Positions 9,037 to 20,037 of a stretch of 64,000 nucleotides of DNA are shown here, in pieces. A model generated the notes under the pieces. The model was not told the DNA's origin. It did not search any database and worked only from the letters and a program-made list of their open reading frames with translations. Location: the NCBI GenBank assembly GCA_964572255.1, contig CAZNEE010000001.1, forward strand, positions 331,587 to 395,586. Direction: 5' to 3'. Within the stretch, counting starts at the first letter, position 1; every line of letters starts with the position of its first letter. The stretch comes from an uncultured Planctomycetia bacterium. Lineage in GTDB: Bacteria; Omnitrophota; Gorgyraeia; Tantalellales; Tantalellaceae. Made by a program: the position numbers and the translations under genes.

Positions 9037-12000
9037 ATGACGGAACCACGGTCAGATTTTGTACATCTTCATGTACATACCCAATACAGTCTTCTTGACG
9101 GCGCCTGCCGTTTGGATGAACTTCTCGACCTTGCTAAATCCTGCAATATGCCCGCATGCGCCATAACCGATCACGGCAGCATGTTCGGCGCGATAGAGTT
9201 CTACGAAAAGGCGACCGAAAGAGGCATTAAACCCATCATAGGCGCCGAGATCTATGTGGCTCCTGAAAGCAGGTTTGATAAGACCAGCCACGGGATAAAG
9301 GGAGCGTCATACCACCTCGTGCTTCTTGCGAAAAATGCCAAGGGATATCAGAACCTTATAGAGATCGTTTCGATAGGTTATTTGGAAGGCTTTTATTACA
9401 AACCCCGGGTCGATAAAGAAGTACTGGCCCGCTGTTCAGAAGGTCTTATCGCGATGTCAGCCTGCTTAAAAGGCGAGATCGCGCATTTTCTTCTCTCGGA
9501 TCAGTATGACCAGGCAAAAAAAGCGGCGGGAGAATACGCTGATATCTTCGGCAGGGAGAATTTTTACCTGGAGATCCAGGATAACCAGCTGGAAGAGCAG
9601 GAAAAACTCAACAAGGAAATGATAAAACTTGCGCGTGATATGGACCTGGCGATCGTCGCGACGAACGATGTGCATTATTTGGATAGGACCGACGCCAAAG
9701 CCCATGACGCGCTCCTCTGCATACAGACCCAAAGCTTTCTCGATGATGAAGACCGGATGAAGTTCCAGTCGGATCAGATGTATTTCAAATCTCCCGATGA
9801 GATGAAAGCCGCTTTCCGGGATGTGCCGGATGCTGTCGCGAATTCCGTCAAGATAGCGGAAAAATGCAATCTTGAACTGGATTTCAGCGAACTGCATCTT
9901 CCGAAATTTGAAGCGCCGAACGGGGGAGATAACAGTGAGTTCTTAAAACGGCTCATAAGGGAGGGTTTAAAGAAAAGATATCCGGTCATCACGGATGAGA
10001 TAAACCAGAGGGTAAAACACGAGTTCGATATCATCGAACAAAGCGGATACATAAGTTATTTCCTGATAGTATGGGATTTTATCAATCATGCCAAAGAGAA
10101 CAAAATACCCGTAGGGCCGGGCAGAGGTTCCGCGGCGGGGAGTATAATAAGTTATGCCTTGGGGATAACCGACATCGATCCGTTAAAGTACGGTCTTATC
10201 TTTGAGAGGTTCCTTAATCCCGAAAGAGTGTCAATGCCGGATATAGATATAGATTTTTGTTTTGAAAGAAGAGGCGAAGTGATAGATTATGTCGTGAACA
10301 AATACTCCAAGGACAATGTGGCGCAGATAATAACTTTCGGGACGATGCTGGCAAAAGGCGTGATAAGGGATGTGGGAAGGGTCATGGGGCTTCCTTATGC
10401 CGATGTCGATAAGATAGCCAAACTGGTGCCGAATGATCCGGGGATCACTTTAAAACAAGCGATAGAGATCGAGCCCGAGCTGAGGATGAGATACGAGGAT
10501 GATCCGATAATCCGTCAGCTTATAGATATTTCGAGACGTCTTGAAGGCCTTAACAGGCACGCGTCAACACATGCCGCCGGAGTTGTTATTTCGGATAAGC
10601 CCCTCGTAAAACGTATACCGCTTTTTAAGACCGCTGATGACCAGATCACCACGGGCTACACCATGCAGTCTCTTGAGAGAATCGGCATGCTCAAGATGGA
10701 TTTTCTCGGGCTTAAGACGCTTACGGTGATCGATCAGACTGTAAAGATAGTCAAACGCACCAGGGATATCGATGTCGATATTGAAGTTATCCCGCTGGAT
10801 GATCAAAAGACTTTTGAACTTCTTGCCAGAGCCGAGACAGCCGGCGTGTTCCAGCTTGAATCTTCAGGCATGAGAGATCTTCTCAGAAAACTCAAGCCGG
10901 AAAAATTCGAGGACCTGATAGCCATATTGGCTTTGTATCGTCCCGGGCCCATGGGAAGCGGGATGCTCGAGGAATTCATAAAAAGAAAACAGGGGCATAT
11001 TGAAGTCGAGTATGATCATCCGGCGCTTAAACCGATATTAAGGGAGACTTACGGGATAATCGTTTATCAGGAGCAGGTCATGCAGATAGTTTCCGCTCTT
11101 GCCGGCTTCAGCATGGCTGAAGCGGATAATGTCCGCAAAGTCATGTCCAAGAAAAAACCGCAGGAGATGGCGAAGCTGAAAATAAAGTTCCTTGAAGGAA
11201 CAGCTAAAAATAAGATCGACAATGAAACAGCGGAAAAAATATTTGATCTCATCGCATACTTTGCGGGATACGGTTTTAATAAATCCCATTCCACTGCGTA
11301 TGCCATGATAAGTTACCGGACGGCGCATCTTAAGGCGAACTATCCTGTTGAGTTCATGACGGCGCTTCTTACAAGTGAGAAAAATAATACCGACAAAATT
11401 TCCGATTATATCAGTGAATCGATCAGAATGGACATCGAAATACTGCCGCCGGATATAAACGAAAGTTTTAAGGATTTTACGGTTGTCGGAGGGGATATCC
11501 GCTTCGGGCTTTCCGCGGTAAAGAACGTAGGGTCTGTTGCGGCGGAGTCCATAATCACGATAAGGATGGAAAACGGCAAATTCGAATCATTGTATGATTT
11601 TGCGCAGAAAGCGGATTCGAGGAACGTGAATAAAAAAGTCGTGGAAAGCCTTATAAAATGCGGGGCTTTTGATTCTACAGGGATACATCGGTCGCAGGCA
11701 ATGGCGGTACTCGACAAAGTGCTCGAGATGGCAAGCAAGGTCCAGAAAGACAGGCGGAACGGCCAGTTATCATTCTTTGATGAAGAACATTCCGAAGAAA
11801 GTTTCAGGGATAGTTTCCGGGATTTACCTGACATACAGGAGTGGCCGGAGCATGAGCTTTTGGCAAGCGAAAAAGAGATGCTGGGGTTTTATATCACCCA
11901 ACATCCCCTCGCCAGGTTTGAAAGGCTCCTGAACGCTTATTCCACATGCGCCGTATCTGAGCTCAGCGCTCTTGCGGACGGGCAGGTAGTGCTTATAGGA

Positions 12001-12489
12001 GGCATCATAAGCAAGGTACGTTCAACCGTTACGCGTAAGACTGCCGAGAAAATGGCCATAATTACACTGGAGGATCTGAATAATTTTGTCGAGATCTTAG
12101 TGTTCCCTAAAACTTACAGTAAAGTCGCTTCTCTGGTAAAAGAGGATAACACTGTCTATGTCGAGGGGCGATTGAACCTTAGGGAAGAGGAGCCGAAGAT
12201 AGTCGCTGAGAACATGATACCTCTTGAGCAAGTGAAAGAGATGTTCACTAAGTCGGTCCTGATCAAGATGAATACCCTGGGGCTTGAAGAAAATATAATG
12301 GAGAAGGTAAGAAGGGTTATCATGAAACATAAGGGGAAAGTGCCGGTCTTTATCGATCTTATTTCGCCCCAAGGCAGGAAGGTAAGGGTTTCAACCAACA
12401 AAGAGCTGACGGTGTATCCCTCGGATAACATGATAGAGGATTTGGAGGGGGTTGTAGGAAGGGGTAACGTTAAATTTGTAACAAAGTAG
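9037..12489 (+). CDS. dnaE: DNA polymerase III alpha subunit
   Basis: HLHVHTQYSLLDG PHP domain, GPGRGSAAGS, PDIDIDF, YGFNKSHS, C-terminal OB fold. Confidence 0.99.
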   Translation: MTEPRSDFVHLHVHTQYSLLDGACRLDELLDLAKSCNMPACAITDHGSMFGAIEFYEKATERGIKPIIGAEIYVAPESRFDKTSHGIKGASYHLVLLAKNAKGYQNLIEIVSIGYLEGFYYKPRVDKEVLARCSEGLIAMSACLKGEIAHFLLSDQYDQAKKAAGEYADIFGRENFYLEIQDNQLEEQEKLNKEMIKLARDMDLAIVATNDVHYLDRTDAKAHDALLCIQTQSFLDDEDRMKFQSDQMYFKSPDEMKAAFRDVPDAVANSVKIAEKCNLELDFSELHLPKFEAPNGGDNSEFLKRLIREGLKKRYPVITDEINQRVKHEFDIIEQSGYISYFLIVWDFINHAKENKIPVGPGRGSAAGSIISYALGITDIDPLKYGLIFERFLNPERVSMPDIDIDFCFERRGEVIDYVVNKYSKDNVAQIITFGTMLAKGVIRDVGRVMGLPYADVDKIAKLVPNDPGITLKQAIEIEPELRMRYEDDPIIRQLIDISRRLEGLNRHASTHAAGVVISDKPLVKRIPLFKTADDQITTGYTMQSLERIGMLKMDFLGLKTLTVIDQTVKIVKRTRDIDVDIEVIPLDDQKTFELLARAETAGVFQLESSGMRDLLRKLKPEKFEDLIAILALYRPGPMGSGMLEEFIKRKQGHIEVEYDHPALKPILRETYGIIVYQEQVMQIVSALAGFSMAEADNVRKVMSKKKPQEMAKLKIKFLEGTAKNKIDNETAEKIFDLIAYFAGYGFNKSHSTAYAMISYRTAHLKANYPVEFMTALLTSEKNNTDKISDYISESIRMDIEILPPDINESFKDFTVVGGDIRFGLSAVKNVGSVAAESIITIRMENGKFESLYDFAQKADSRNVNKKVVESLIKCGAFDSTGIHRSQAMAVLDKVLEMASKVQKDRRNGQLSFFDEEHSEESFRDSFRDLPDIQEWPEHELLASEKEMLGFYITQHPLARFERLLNAYSTCAVSELSALADGQVVLIGGIISKVRSTVTRKTAEKMAIITLEDLNNFVEILVFPKTYSKVASLVKEDNTVYVEGRLNLREEEPKIVAENMIPLEQVKEMFTKSVLIKMNTLGLEENIMEKVRRVIMKHKGKVPVFIDLISPQGRKVRVSTNKELTVYPSDNMIEDLEGVVGRGNVKFVTK

Positions 12490-12499
12490 ACGCGGGAGA

Positions 12500-12528
12500 T
12501 TGACTTTGGCCGTAAGTAATGTTAATAT
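12500..12528 (+). promoter_or_regulatory. Putative sigma70 promoter for HU-hisS-aspS
   Basis: TTGACT-17 bp-TAATAT with TG extended -10. Confidence 0.6.
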
Positions 12529-12574
12529 AAGCAGTTATTAAATCAAATAAATATTAAAATAATAAGGAGGAGTT

Positions 12575-12850
12575 ATGACGAAGAAAGATATCATCATGAA
12601 GATCTCAGAAGAGACTGGGTTTAAACAGGTTGATGTCAAAGAAGTGGTACAGCGCACGTTCGATATTATCACCGAAAGCCTTGCTTCAGGAGATAAGGTC
12701 GAATTACGGAATTTCGGTATTTTTAAAACAAAGGTCCGTAAAGGAAGAGTTGGGCGCAATCCAAGAACAGGCGCGAGCGTTAACATCCCGGATAAAAAAG
12801 TCGTCAATTTTAAAGCCGGCATGAGAATGAAAACCGACGTTAAATCGTAA
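12575..12850 (+). CDS. HU/IHF family DNA-binding protein
   Basis: MTKKDI, VELRNFGIF, GRNPRTG, FKAG; strong SD AAGGAGG. Confidence 0.96.
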   Translation: MTKKDIIMKISEETGFKQVDVKEVVQRTFDIITESLASGDKVELRNFGIFKTKVRKGRVGRNPRTGASVNIPDKKVVNFKAGMRMKTDVKS

Positions 12851-12878
12851 CTAAGATCGCGAAAACATAAGGTCACAA

Positions 12879-14141
12879 GTGGCGAGCTCACCTAAATATA
12901 AATCTTTAAGAGGAATGCCGGATCTCGTTTCCGAAGACGCTGCGAGTCTGAGGTGGATAGAGGAAAAAGCACGGGAGGTCTTTCAGCTGTTCGGGTTCAA
13001 GGAGATCGAAACTCCCATACTCGAAGAGACAGGCGTTTTTACCCGAAGTATCGGTGAGGATACCGACATAGTCGAGAAAGAGATGTATTCATTCACCGAT
13101 AGAGGGGGTAAGAATATTTCCCTTCGCCCGGAAGGAACAGCCCCGATCATACGCGCGTATATCGAACATTCTTTATACAACGATTCTGATCTGGTAAAGT
13201 TATTCTACTCAGGGCCGATGTTCAGGGGAGAGAGGCCTCAAAAAGGCCGGCTCAGGCAATTCCATCAGATCGGAGCCGAAGTTATAGGTACTGTTGATCC
13301 TTTTCTTGATGCGGAACTCATACTGAACCTGGATGCGTTTTTAAAAAGAATAGGGGTTTCGGGTTTTACTGTCCTTATCAATTCCATAGGATGCGCCAAG
13401 GACCGCTCCGGCTACAAAAAAGCCCTTAAGACTTTTCTTGATAAGAATAGCGGAACGCTGTGCGAGGATTGTAAAAGACGCAGCAGGACCAATGTTCTTC
13501 GTGTTCTGGATTGTAAACAAAAATCGTGCAAGGATGTTCTTAAAGGCGCTCCTTCGATACTGGAGAGTCTTTGCGGATCATGCATGAATGATTATGAAAA
13601 ATTAAAGAACATTCTTTCCGAGACAGGCATCAATTTCAGAGAAAAAACGGATCTTGTCAGGGGGCTCGATTATTACACGAACACGATATTTGAAGTTATA
13701 CATCCCTCACTTGGGGCTCAGGATGCTATTGCCGCCGGCGGGAGGTATGACAACCTGACAAAACAGATGGGCGGGCCCGATGTCGGAGCGACAGGGTATG
13801 CTGTCGGCGTGGAAAGATTGCTTCTTATAGTGGACAAAAAGAATATTCCTTCTCAAGAGTCAGGCGTTCTTGTTATTCCTATAGATGATAATTCCCGGGC
13901 AAAAACCTTTGAGGTGGCTGACGCGTTGCGTGCGTCCGGGATACCTTCAGAGATGGCTCCTCCGGGAAAATCATTGAAGGGTCAGATGCGCAGGGCCCAT
14001 AAGGAAGCGAGAGAATACGTTATTATCATCGGGGGAGATGAGATCAAAAGCGGAGAACTCCTGTTGAAGAACATGGAAAGCGGCGAACAGCAGAAATTGA
14101 CGGTTGAGAAGATCATCGATGAGCTAAAGGCTAAAAGATAA
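12879..14141 (+). CDS. hisS: Histidine--tRNA ligase
   Basis: LRPEGTA, FRGERPQKGRLRQFHQ, LVRGLDYY, GGRYD; GTG start. Confidence 0.98.
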   Translation: MASSPKYKSLRGMPDLVSEDAASLRWIEEKAREVFQLFGFKEIETPILEETGVFTRSIGEDTDIVEKEMYSFTDRGGKNISLRPEGTAPIIRAYIEHSLYNDSDLVKLFYSGPMFRGERPQKGRLRQFHQIGAEVIGTVDPFLDAELILNLDAFLKRIGVSGFTVLINSIGCAKDRSGYKKALKTFLDKNSGTLCEDCKRRSRTNVLRVLDCKQKSCKDVLKGAPSILESLCGSCMNDYEKLKNILSETGINFREKTDLVRGLDYYTNTIFEVIHPSLGAQDAIAAGGRYDNLTKQMGGPDVGATGYAVGVERLLLIVDKKNIPSQESGVLVIPIDDNSRAKTFEVADALRASGIPSEMAPPGKSLKGQMRRAHKEAREYVIIIGGDEIKSGELLLKNMESGEQQKLTVEKIIDELKAKR

Positions 14142-14149
14142 GGGAGAAA

Positions 14150-15925
14150 ATGATACGTACGCACAATTGCGGGGAACTCAATTCAAAAAATATCGGCAAG
14201 GAAACTCTTCTTGCAGGATGGATCACCGCAAGAAGGGACCATGGTGAGATCATTTTTATGGACCTCAGGGACAAGCAGGGGATAACACAGATAGTTTTCG
14301 ATCCCGAGAAGAATAAAGAAGCTCATGAGAAGGCGCATGAACTCAAGAATGAATATTGCGTAAAAATCGTTGGTAAAGTGTCAAAACGCCCAGAAGGCAC
14401 AATTAACCCCAAGATACCCACGGGCGAAGTGGAGGTAGAGGTAAATAAAATAGAAGTGCTTTCCGAATCAGAGACCCCTCCTTTTGAGATCAAGGATAAA
14501 ATAACTATTTCGGAAGAGATAAGGCTTAAATACCGTTATCTTGATCTAAGACGGGATGTGATGCAGAAAAAACTTCACCTCAAACATAAAATATACAAAT
14601 GCGTTTCGGATTTTTTGGACAGCGAAGGGTTCATTTCGGTAGAGACACCGATACTTACAAAGTCAACTCCCGAAGGGGCCCGCGATTATCTTGTTCCCAG
14701 CAGGATCCAGCAGGGCAATTTCTACGCGCTGCCGCAGTCGCCCCAGATATTCAAACAGCTTTTGATGGTAGCGGGCGTGGAAAGATATTTCCAGATCGTA
14801 CGATGCTTTAGGGATGAGGATCTCAGGGCCGACAGGCAGCCTGAGTTCACTCAGCTTGACATGGAAATGTCGTTTGTCGAGCAGGAGGATGTTCTCGATG
14901 TATCGGAACGCATGTTCAAGGATCTCTTTGAAAAGGTGACCGGCAAAAAAATAGAGGTGCCTTTACCCAGATTAGACTATGAAGAGGCCATGGATAAGTA
15001 CGGCAGCGATAAGCCCGACACAAGATTTGAAGTATTTTTGCATGATCTTACGCAGGAAGCGGCCGGGAGTGACTTCAAAATATTCAAGGATACGGTCTCA
15101 TCCGGCGGCAGAGTAATGGGATTAGCCGCCCCGGGATACAGCGGCTTAAGCCGCAAGGAAATAGATGACTTAACGGCTTTTGTCGGCGAATACGGAGCGA
15201 AGGGATTGGCGTATTTTAAACTTGAAGGGAACGAGATCGCATCCCCGATAGCAAAATTTTTCACCAAAGAGGTCTTAGAACTTTTCAGGGAAAAAACCGG
15301 GGCCAAACCCGGCGACATGATATTCATGGTAGCGGATTCTAAGGATGTAGCAAGGGAGGCGTTGGGAGCGCTTAGATTGAAAATAGGCAGGGAAAGAAGG
15401 CTGATCGATCCCGACAGGTTTGACCTTTTGTGGGTGGTGAATTTTCCGCTTTTCAAGTTCAATAAAGACGAGAAAAGATGGGTATCCGAACATCATCCTT
15501 TCACGGGTTTTTGCGAAGAAGGATCGGAGTCGATAGATAAAAAAGAGCTGGCGAATATAAGATCAAGATCATATGATCTGGTGCTGAACGGCAATGAAAT
15601 AGGATCGGGAAGCATCAGGATACACAGAAGAGACCTGCAGGAGAAGGTCTTCGATGCGCTTGGTATCGGTAAAGAGGAAGCCCGGATGAAGTTCGGGTTT
15701 TTGCTTGAAGCGTTCCGCTACGGAGTTCCTCCGCACGGGGGAATAGCTTTTGGAATGGACAGGATAACCGCGATCATTTCGGGGGATTCCTCTATAAGAG
15801 AGGTCATACCGTTCCCCAAGACGCAGAAAGGCGTGTGTCCTCTTTCGGGCGCGCCTTCCGCGGTCGGTGAAACACAATTAAGGGAACTGGGCCTGAAACT
15901 GAGAAAAAAACAGGAAGACAAATAA
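14150..15925 (+). CDS. aspS: Aspartate--tRNA ligase (probably non-discriminating Asp/Asn)
   Basis: RTHNCG, RRDHG (His typical of ND-AspRS), PEGARDY, ALPQSPQ, DEDLRADRQPEF, PPHGG. Confidence 0.98.
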   Translation: MIRTHNCGELNSKNIGKETLLAGWITARRDHGEIIFMDLRDKQGITQIVFDPEKNKEAHEKAHELKNEYCVKIVGKVSKRPEGTINPKIPTGEVEVEVNKIEVLSESETPPFEIKDKITISEEIRLKYRYLDLRRDVMQKKLHLKHKIYKCVSDFLDSEGFISVETPILTKSTPEGARDYLVPSRIQQGNFYALPQSPQIFKQLLMVAGVERYFQIVRCFRDEDLRADRQPEFTQLDMEMSFVEQEDVLDVSERMFKDLFEKVTGKKIEVPLPRLDYEEAMDKYGSDKPDTRFEVFLHDLTQEAAGSDFKIFKDTVSSGGRVMGLAAPGYSGLSRKEIDDLTAFVGEYGAKGLAYFKLEGNEIASPIAKFFTKEVLELFREKTGAKPGDMIFMVADSKDVAREALGALRLKIGRERRLIDPDRFDLLWVVNFPLFKFNKDEKRWVSEHHPFTGFCEEGSESIDKKELANIRSRSYDLVLNGNEIGSGSIRIHRRDLQEKVFDALGIGKEEARMKFGFLLEAFRYGVPPHGGIAFGMDRITAIISGDSSIREVIPFPKTQKGVCPLSGAPSAVGETQLRELGLKLRKKQEDK

Positions 15926-15966
15926 AAAACAGATATTTGATAGTAATGGAAAAGCAGGAGGATATC

Positions 15967-16299
15967 ATGAGGCTATTGGCAATATTGTTGTTGGTGAGTT
16001 CTTTTATTGCAGCGGGATGCGCAAGTGAAAAGGTGAGTGTTTACACATTCCAAAAAGCGCGTGTCGACCAATCCATCAAGGGTAACGAAGGGTATCTGAT
16101 GGGGCAACCTCCTGCAGGCGAGCAAACCCAGAGAAGTTCGAAAAGAACATTGATAGGCGTTGATATTGAACTTCCGGGTACATTTGCGGGATCTTCATCC
16201 GCGAAAGAGAGCGCTGCCGAAGGGCCGCAAACGGCTCCTGTCCAGAAGGCCGAAGAAAATGTTGAATATACAGAAGAGGGTGAAGTCTGGATAAAATGA
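15967..16299 (+). CDS. Hypothetical lipoprotein
   Basis: SD GGAGG, signal peptide with lipobox AAGC; overlaps the phoH start (ATGA). Confidence 0.75.
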   Translation: MRLLAILLLVSSFIAAGCASEKVSVYTFQKARVDQSIKGNEGYLMGQPPAGEQTQRSSKRTLIGVDIELPGTFAGSSSAKESAAEGPQTAPVQKAEENVEYTEEGEVWIK

Positions 16300-17246
16300 G
16301 CGAGACCATCATAAAAATAAACAACGATTCAGAAGCGCGTACACTTTTCGGAAAACATGATGAGAACCTGAAGAGGGTCGAAAAAGCTTTTAATGTAAGC
16401 ACCTCTTTTTCGGGAGGGGACCTTAAAGTTTCCGGCGAAGACGAGAACGCCCTCAATAACGCGGAAAAGATATTGAAGGAATTTCTTTTTGTTGTGAGAA
16501 GAGGGGGACACCTTTCTTTTCGCGACATCGATTACGCTATTAAAAAAACCAATTTTGCTGTCGATATACATGACATTTATCTTGATAAGATCGAGGTATA
16601 TTCAAAAAGGGCTTACATCACGCCCAGAAGCGAGGGGCAGAAAAATTATATCGATGCCATTCGCAGGAACGATATAGTTTTCGGCATAGGTCCGGCAGGA
16701 ACAGGGAAGACGTATCTTGCCATGGCGATGGCCGTTAACGCTTTGAAGAAGAATATTATCTCAAGGATCATACTTACGCGCCCCGCGATCGAAGCGGGAG
16801 AAAGTCTGGGCTATTTGCCGGGAGACATGTATGAGAAGGTGAACCCGTATTTGCGGCCGCTGTATGACGCTCTTTATGATATGGTCGAACCTAACATAAT
16901 AAGGGACTATCTTGACCGCGGGATAATAGAAGTGGCGCCTCTGGCTTTCATGAGGGGCCGCACGCTTAACGATTCTTTCATAATTTTAGATGAGGCCCAG
17001 AACTGCACCCAGGATCAGATGAAGATGTTCCTGACCAGGCTGGGGTTCGATTCAAAAACCGTTATAACCGGGGATATCACGCAAAGCGATCTGCCTAAAG
17101 GGACAAGATCAGGACTCGTGCATGTAAGTTCATTCCTCCGGGACATTGACGGCATTAAATTTGTGATGCTTGAAAGAGAAGATGTGGTCAGGCACGAACT
17201 TGTGCAGATGATCATCGAAGCATACAGTAAAGAAACAGATAAATAA
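16296..17246 (+). CDS. phoH: PhoH/YbeZ family ATPase
   Basis: GPAGTGKT, RPAIEAGE, FMRGRTL, DEAQN, GDITQSD. Confidence 0.95.
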   Translation: MSETIIKINNDSEARTLFGKHDENLKRVEKAFNVSTSFSGGDLKVSGEDENALNNAEKILKEFLFVVRRGGHLSFRDIDYAIKKTNFAVDIHDIYLDKIEVYSKRAYITPRSEGQKNYIDAIRRNDIVFGIGPAGTGKTYLAMAMAVNALKKNIISRIILTRPAIEAGESLGYLPGDMYEKVNPYLRPLYDALYDMVEPNIIRDYLDRGIIEVAPLAFMRGRTLNDSFIILDEAQNCTQDQMKMFLTRLGFDSKTVITGDITQSDLPKGTRSGLVHVSSFLRDIDGIKFVMLEREDVVRHELVQMIIEAYSKETDK

Positions 17247-17267
17247 AAAACCTAACGAACATAAAAT

Positions 17268-19589
17268 ATGAATAAAAAAGACAGAATCAATAAGAACGAT
17301 AATTCCACCAGGGCAAGCGAGCTTGTTTCGGGGAACAAAAAAGCGCGCCAGAGTTTCGCTCAAAAGACTGGCGCAAAAACAGGCAATCTTCCTTCGGAAG
17401 GATGGCCTGTTCTGGACCAGATCAAGAAGTTCTTCATGCACAAGGAAGTCCATTCGGCGATCATTATTCTGGTCTTTTTCGCAGCGGCGCTTTCAACGCT
17501 TTTTATAAGTCCCCAGCTTTATTTAAGAAGCATGCATGAAGGGGACATCGCTCTTAAAGACATATATGCTCCGTATGATTTTACCTATAATTGGGGCATC
17601 AATGAAGACCTTACGCAAAAGGCGAAAGAGGCCGCCGTTTCAGCGGTTCCTTTCTCGGTCCGAAGAGATCCTGCCGTTGAGAAGAAGATGTCGGAGGAGA
17701 TGGCAAAGTTCTTTGATGTTTTGGACGAGCAGAAAAAAAGTGATGCGCAATTCGCCGATAAGCTCTTATCGATCAGGGGCCAGACGGGCACAGATCTTTC
17801 CGATAAGAACATAAAAACGCTTCTTGAATACCGAAACATAAAAAAAATATCTAAAAGCGCACAGCAGGTACAGGAAAATGTTTTTCTTATAGGATACATT
17901 ACGGATGAGAACGCTGATCGTTTGAAGAGCGAAGGTTTTAATAGGGTAATAGTGTTCGATGAAAAGACCGGATTGGAAATGGAAAGATCTATCGGGGATC
18001 TTCTGGACAAAGAAAAGGTTCAAGGGATAATAGAAAGTTACGCGGTAACATATATTCCGGACCGAAAATTAAGACCCGCTGTTTCCGCGCTTGTTAAGGA
18101 ATATGTAAAACCTAACTTAGAGCCCGATGAAAAAAGAACCGCCCTTAAAAAGGAAGAGACCTCTAAAAATTTCCTGCCTGTATATAATACGTTTGACGTA
18201 AGCAAGAACGAGCTCATTGTTGAAAAGGGCACAAGGGTCAATGCCCGGCATATTGCTCAGGTATCCCAGCTGAGGCAGTTCCGCACTAAAAGCAAACAGC
18301 CCGGATTTTTTCTGGGGATGACTCTTCTTTTTCTTTTGATGGGACTGGTAGCTGCGGTTTACATGCATTTCACGAGAAAAAAGACCTTTCTTTCCAGCCC
18401 CAAAGATATCGGAATAGTTTTATTGAACATGTATTTGATGCTGGTTATTGCCCAGTTCATTATAAGAGCGCCTCAGCCGAGTTATTTCATTCCGCTTGCC
18501 GGCATGGGCATGATGACCATGCTTCTTTCAGGATTCAATGGCGCTTTCTTGAGCGTTTTATTGATGAGTTCGCTCATAGCGATACTTACCGGAGGTAAGA
18601 TCGAAGTGGGAATGGTGCTCCTGATAAGCAGCGTAGTGGGCATGTATGCGGTTAGAAACGCGAGAAAACGGTCGGATATTTTATGGGCCGGTCTTTTAGC
18701 GGGAATCGCGAAGTTTATCTCCATAGTATGCGTGGGGCTTATCAGCGGGATAGAACCGGAAGTTTTTGCGAGTGACGGTCTGTGGGGCGTGGCAAGCGGA
18801 GTATTTTCGGGGTTCATAGTGATGGGGCTTTTGCCTGTTTTCGAACATCTTTTTAAAGTGCCGACCAATATCAGCCTTCTTGAACTTTCGGACATGAATC
18901 ATCCGCTCCTGAAGAAGCTCGCGATGGAAGCCCCCGGAACATATCATCACAGCGTGATGGTGGGCAACCTTGCCGAAGCCGCATGCGATTGTATCGGCGC
19001 GAACAGTTTACTTGCCAGGGTGGGTGCCTATTATCATGATATAGGAAAAATAGCCAAGGCGTCCTATTTCAGTGAAAATGAAATGGGGGCTCCTTCAAAG
19101 CATTCCAAGCTGACGCCTTCAATGAGCGCATTGATCATCGCGAAGCATGTGAAAGAAGGCGCTGAAGTAGCGAAAAAATATAAATTGAACAATACCTTGG
19201 TAGATTTTATCGCCCAGCATCACGGCGACAGCCTGATCTCCTTCTTTTATCAGAAGGCCATAGAAAAGAGTGAAAAAGGGGAGGGTGAGGTCCTGAAAGA
19301 GGAGAATTTCCGTTACCCCGGGCCTAAACCCCAGACAAAGGAGACAGCTATTGTTCTTTTGGCGGATGCGGTCGAGGCTTCAAGCCGTTCTTTGGAAGAA
19401 CCCACACCGTCAAGTATCCGCAACCTTGTAAGGAAGATCATCAACAATAAGTTCATCGACGGGCAGCTGGATGAGTGCGATCTGACCTTAAGGGACATGC
19501 ATAATATCGCGGATTGTTTTGTGAGAGTTCTCATGGGGGTCTTTCATACGCGCTTGAATTATCCCGAAGAGACAAAAAAGAACGGCTAG
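17268..19589 (+). CDS. 7TM-HD phosphohydrolase (PgpH/YqfF-like, putative cyclic dinucleotide phosphodiesterase)
   Basis: Large extracytoplasmic domain, 7-8 TM helices, APGTYHHS, YYHDIGK, HHG, YPGPKP, LADAVEA; phoH-ybeY context. Confidence 0.9.
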   Translation: MNKKDRINKNDNSTRASELVSGNKKARQSFAQKTGAKTGNLPSEGWPVLDQIKKFFMHKEVHSAIIILVFFAAALSTLFISPQLYLRSMHEGDIALKDIYAPYDFTYNWGINEDLTQKAKEAAVSAVPFSVRRDPAVEKKMSEEMAKFFDVLDEQKKSDAQFADKLLSIRGQTGTDLSDKNIKTLLEYRNIKKISKSAQQVQENVFLIGYITDENADRLKSEGFNRVIVFDEKTGLEMERSIGDLLDKEKVQGIIESYAVTYIPDRKLRPAVSALVKEYVKPNLEPDEKRTALKKEETSKNFLPVYNTFDVSKNELIVEKGTRVNARHIAQVSQLRQFRTKSKQPGFFLGMTLLFLLMGLVAAVYMHFTRKKTFLSSPKDIGIVLLNMYLMLVIAQFIIRAPQPSYFIPLAGMGMMTMLLSGFNGAFLSVLLMSSLIAILTGGKIEVGMVLLISSVVGMYAVRNARKRSDILWAGLLAGIAKFISIVCVGLISGIEPEVFASDGLWGVASGVFSGFIVMGLLPVFEHLFKVPTNISLLELSDMNHPLLKKLAMEAPGTYHHSVMVGNLAEAACDCIGANSLLARVGAYYHDIGKIAKASYFSENEMGAPSKHSKLTPSMSALIIAKHVKEGAEVAKKYKLNNTLVDFIAQHHGDSLISFFYQKAIEKSEKGEGEVLKEENFRYPGPKPQTKETAIVLLADAVEASSRSLEEPTPSSIRNLVRKIINNKFIDGQLDECDLTLRDMHNIADCFVRVLMGVFHTRLNYPEETKKNG

Positions 19590-19596
19590 AAAAAAC

Positions 19597-20037
19597 ATGA
19601 GTGTGCGGGTAAATTGTGAAAATTTGAATCAAAAAAGGAAAATCGATCTTTTAAAGTTCAAGAAAATTGCCGTAAAGATATTGAGACTATCAGGCGGACC
19701 GTCCATTGAATTAAATGTGATTTTTCTCAGCAACCAGAAGATACGGGCGATCAATCGCAGGTATTTAAAAAGGGATCGTTCGACCGATGTTATATCGTTT
19801 GACCAAAAGATTATTTTAAAAGGCAAACGTTTGGTCCTGGGGGATATATTTATTTCAACGGATAAAGCGGCTTGGAATGCGGAAAATTATGGGACGGCAT
19901 TTGCCGAAGAGACCGCGCTTTACCTGATCCACGGCATACTCCATATCATGGGATACGAAGACAGGACAAAAAAAGAAAAAGAAGCGATGCGGAGGAAGGA
20001 AAATGGATTTCTTAAAAAGATCCGAAAAGACTTATAG
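19597..20037 (+). CDS. ybeY: rRNA maturation metallo-endoribonuclease YbeY
   Basis: TDVISF, LGDIFIS, HGILHIMGYED (third His replaced by D). Confidence 0.9.
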   Translation: MSVRVNCENLNQKRKIDLLKFKKIAVKILRLSGGPSIELNVIFLSNQKIRAINRRYLKRDRSTDVISFDQKIILKGKRLVLGDIFISTDKAAWNAENYGTAFAEETALYLIHGILHIMGYEDRTKKEKEAMRRKENGFLKKIRKDL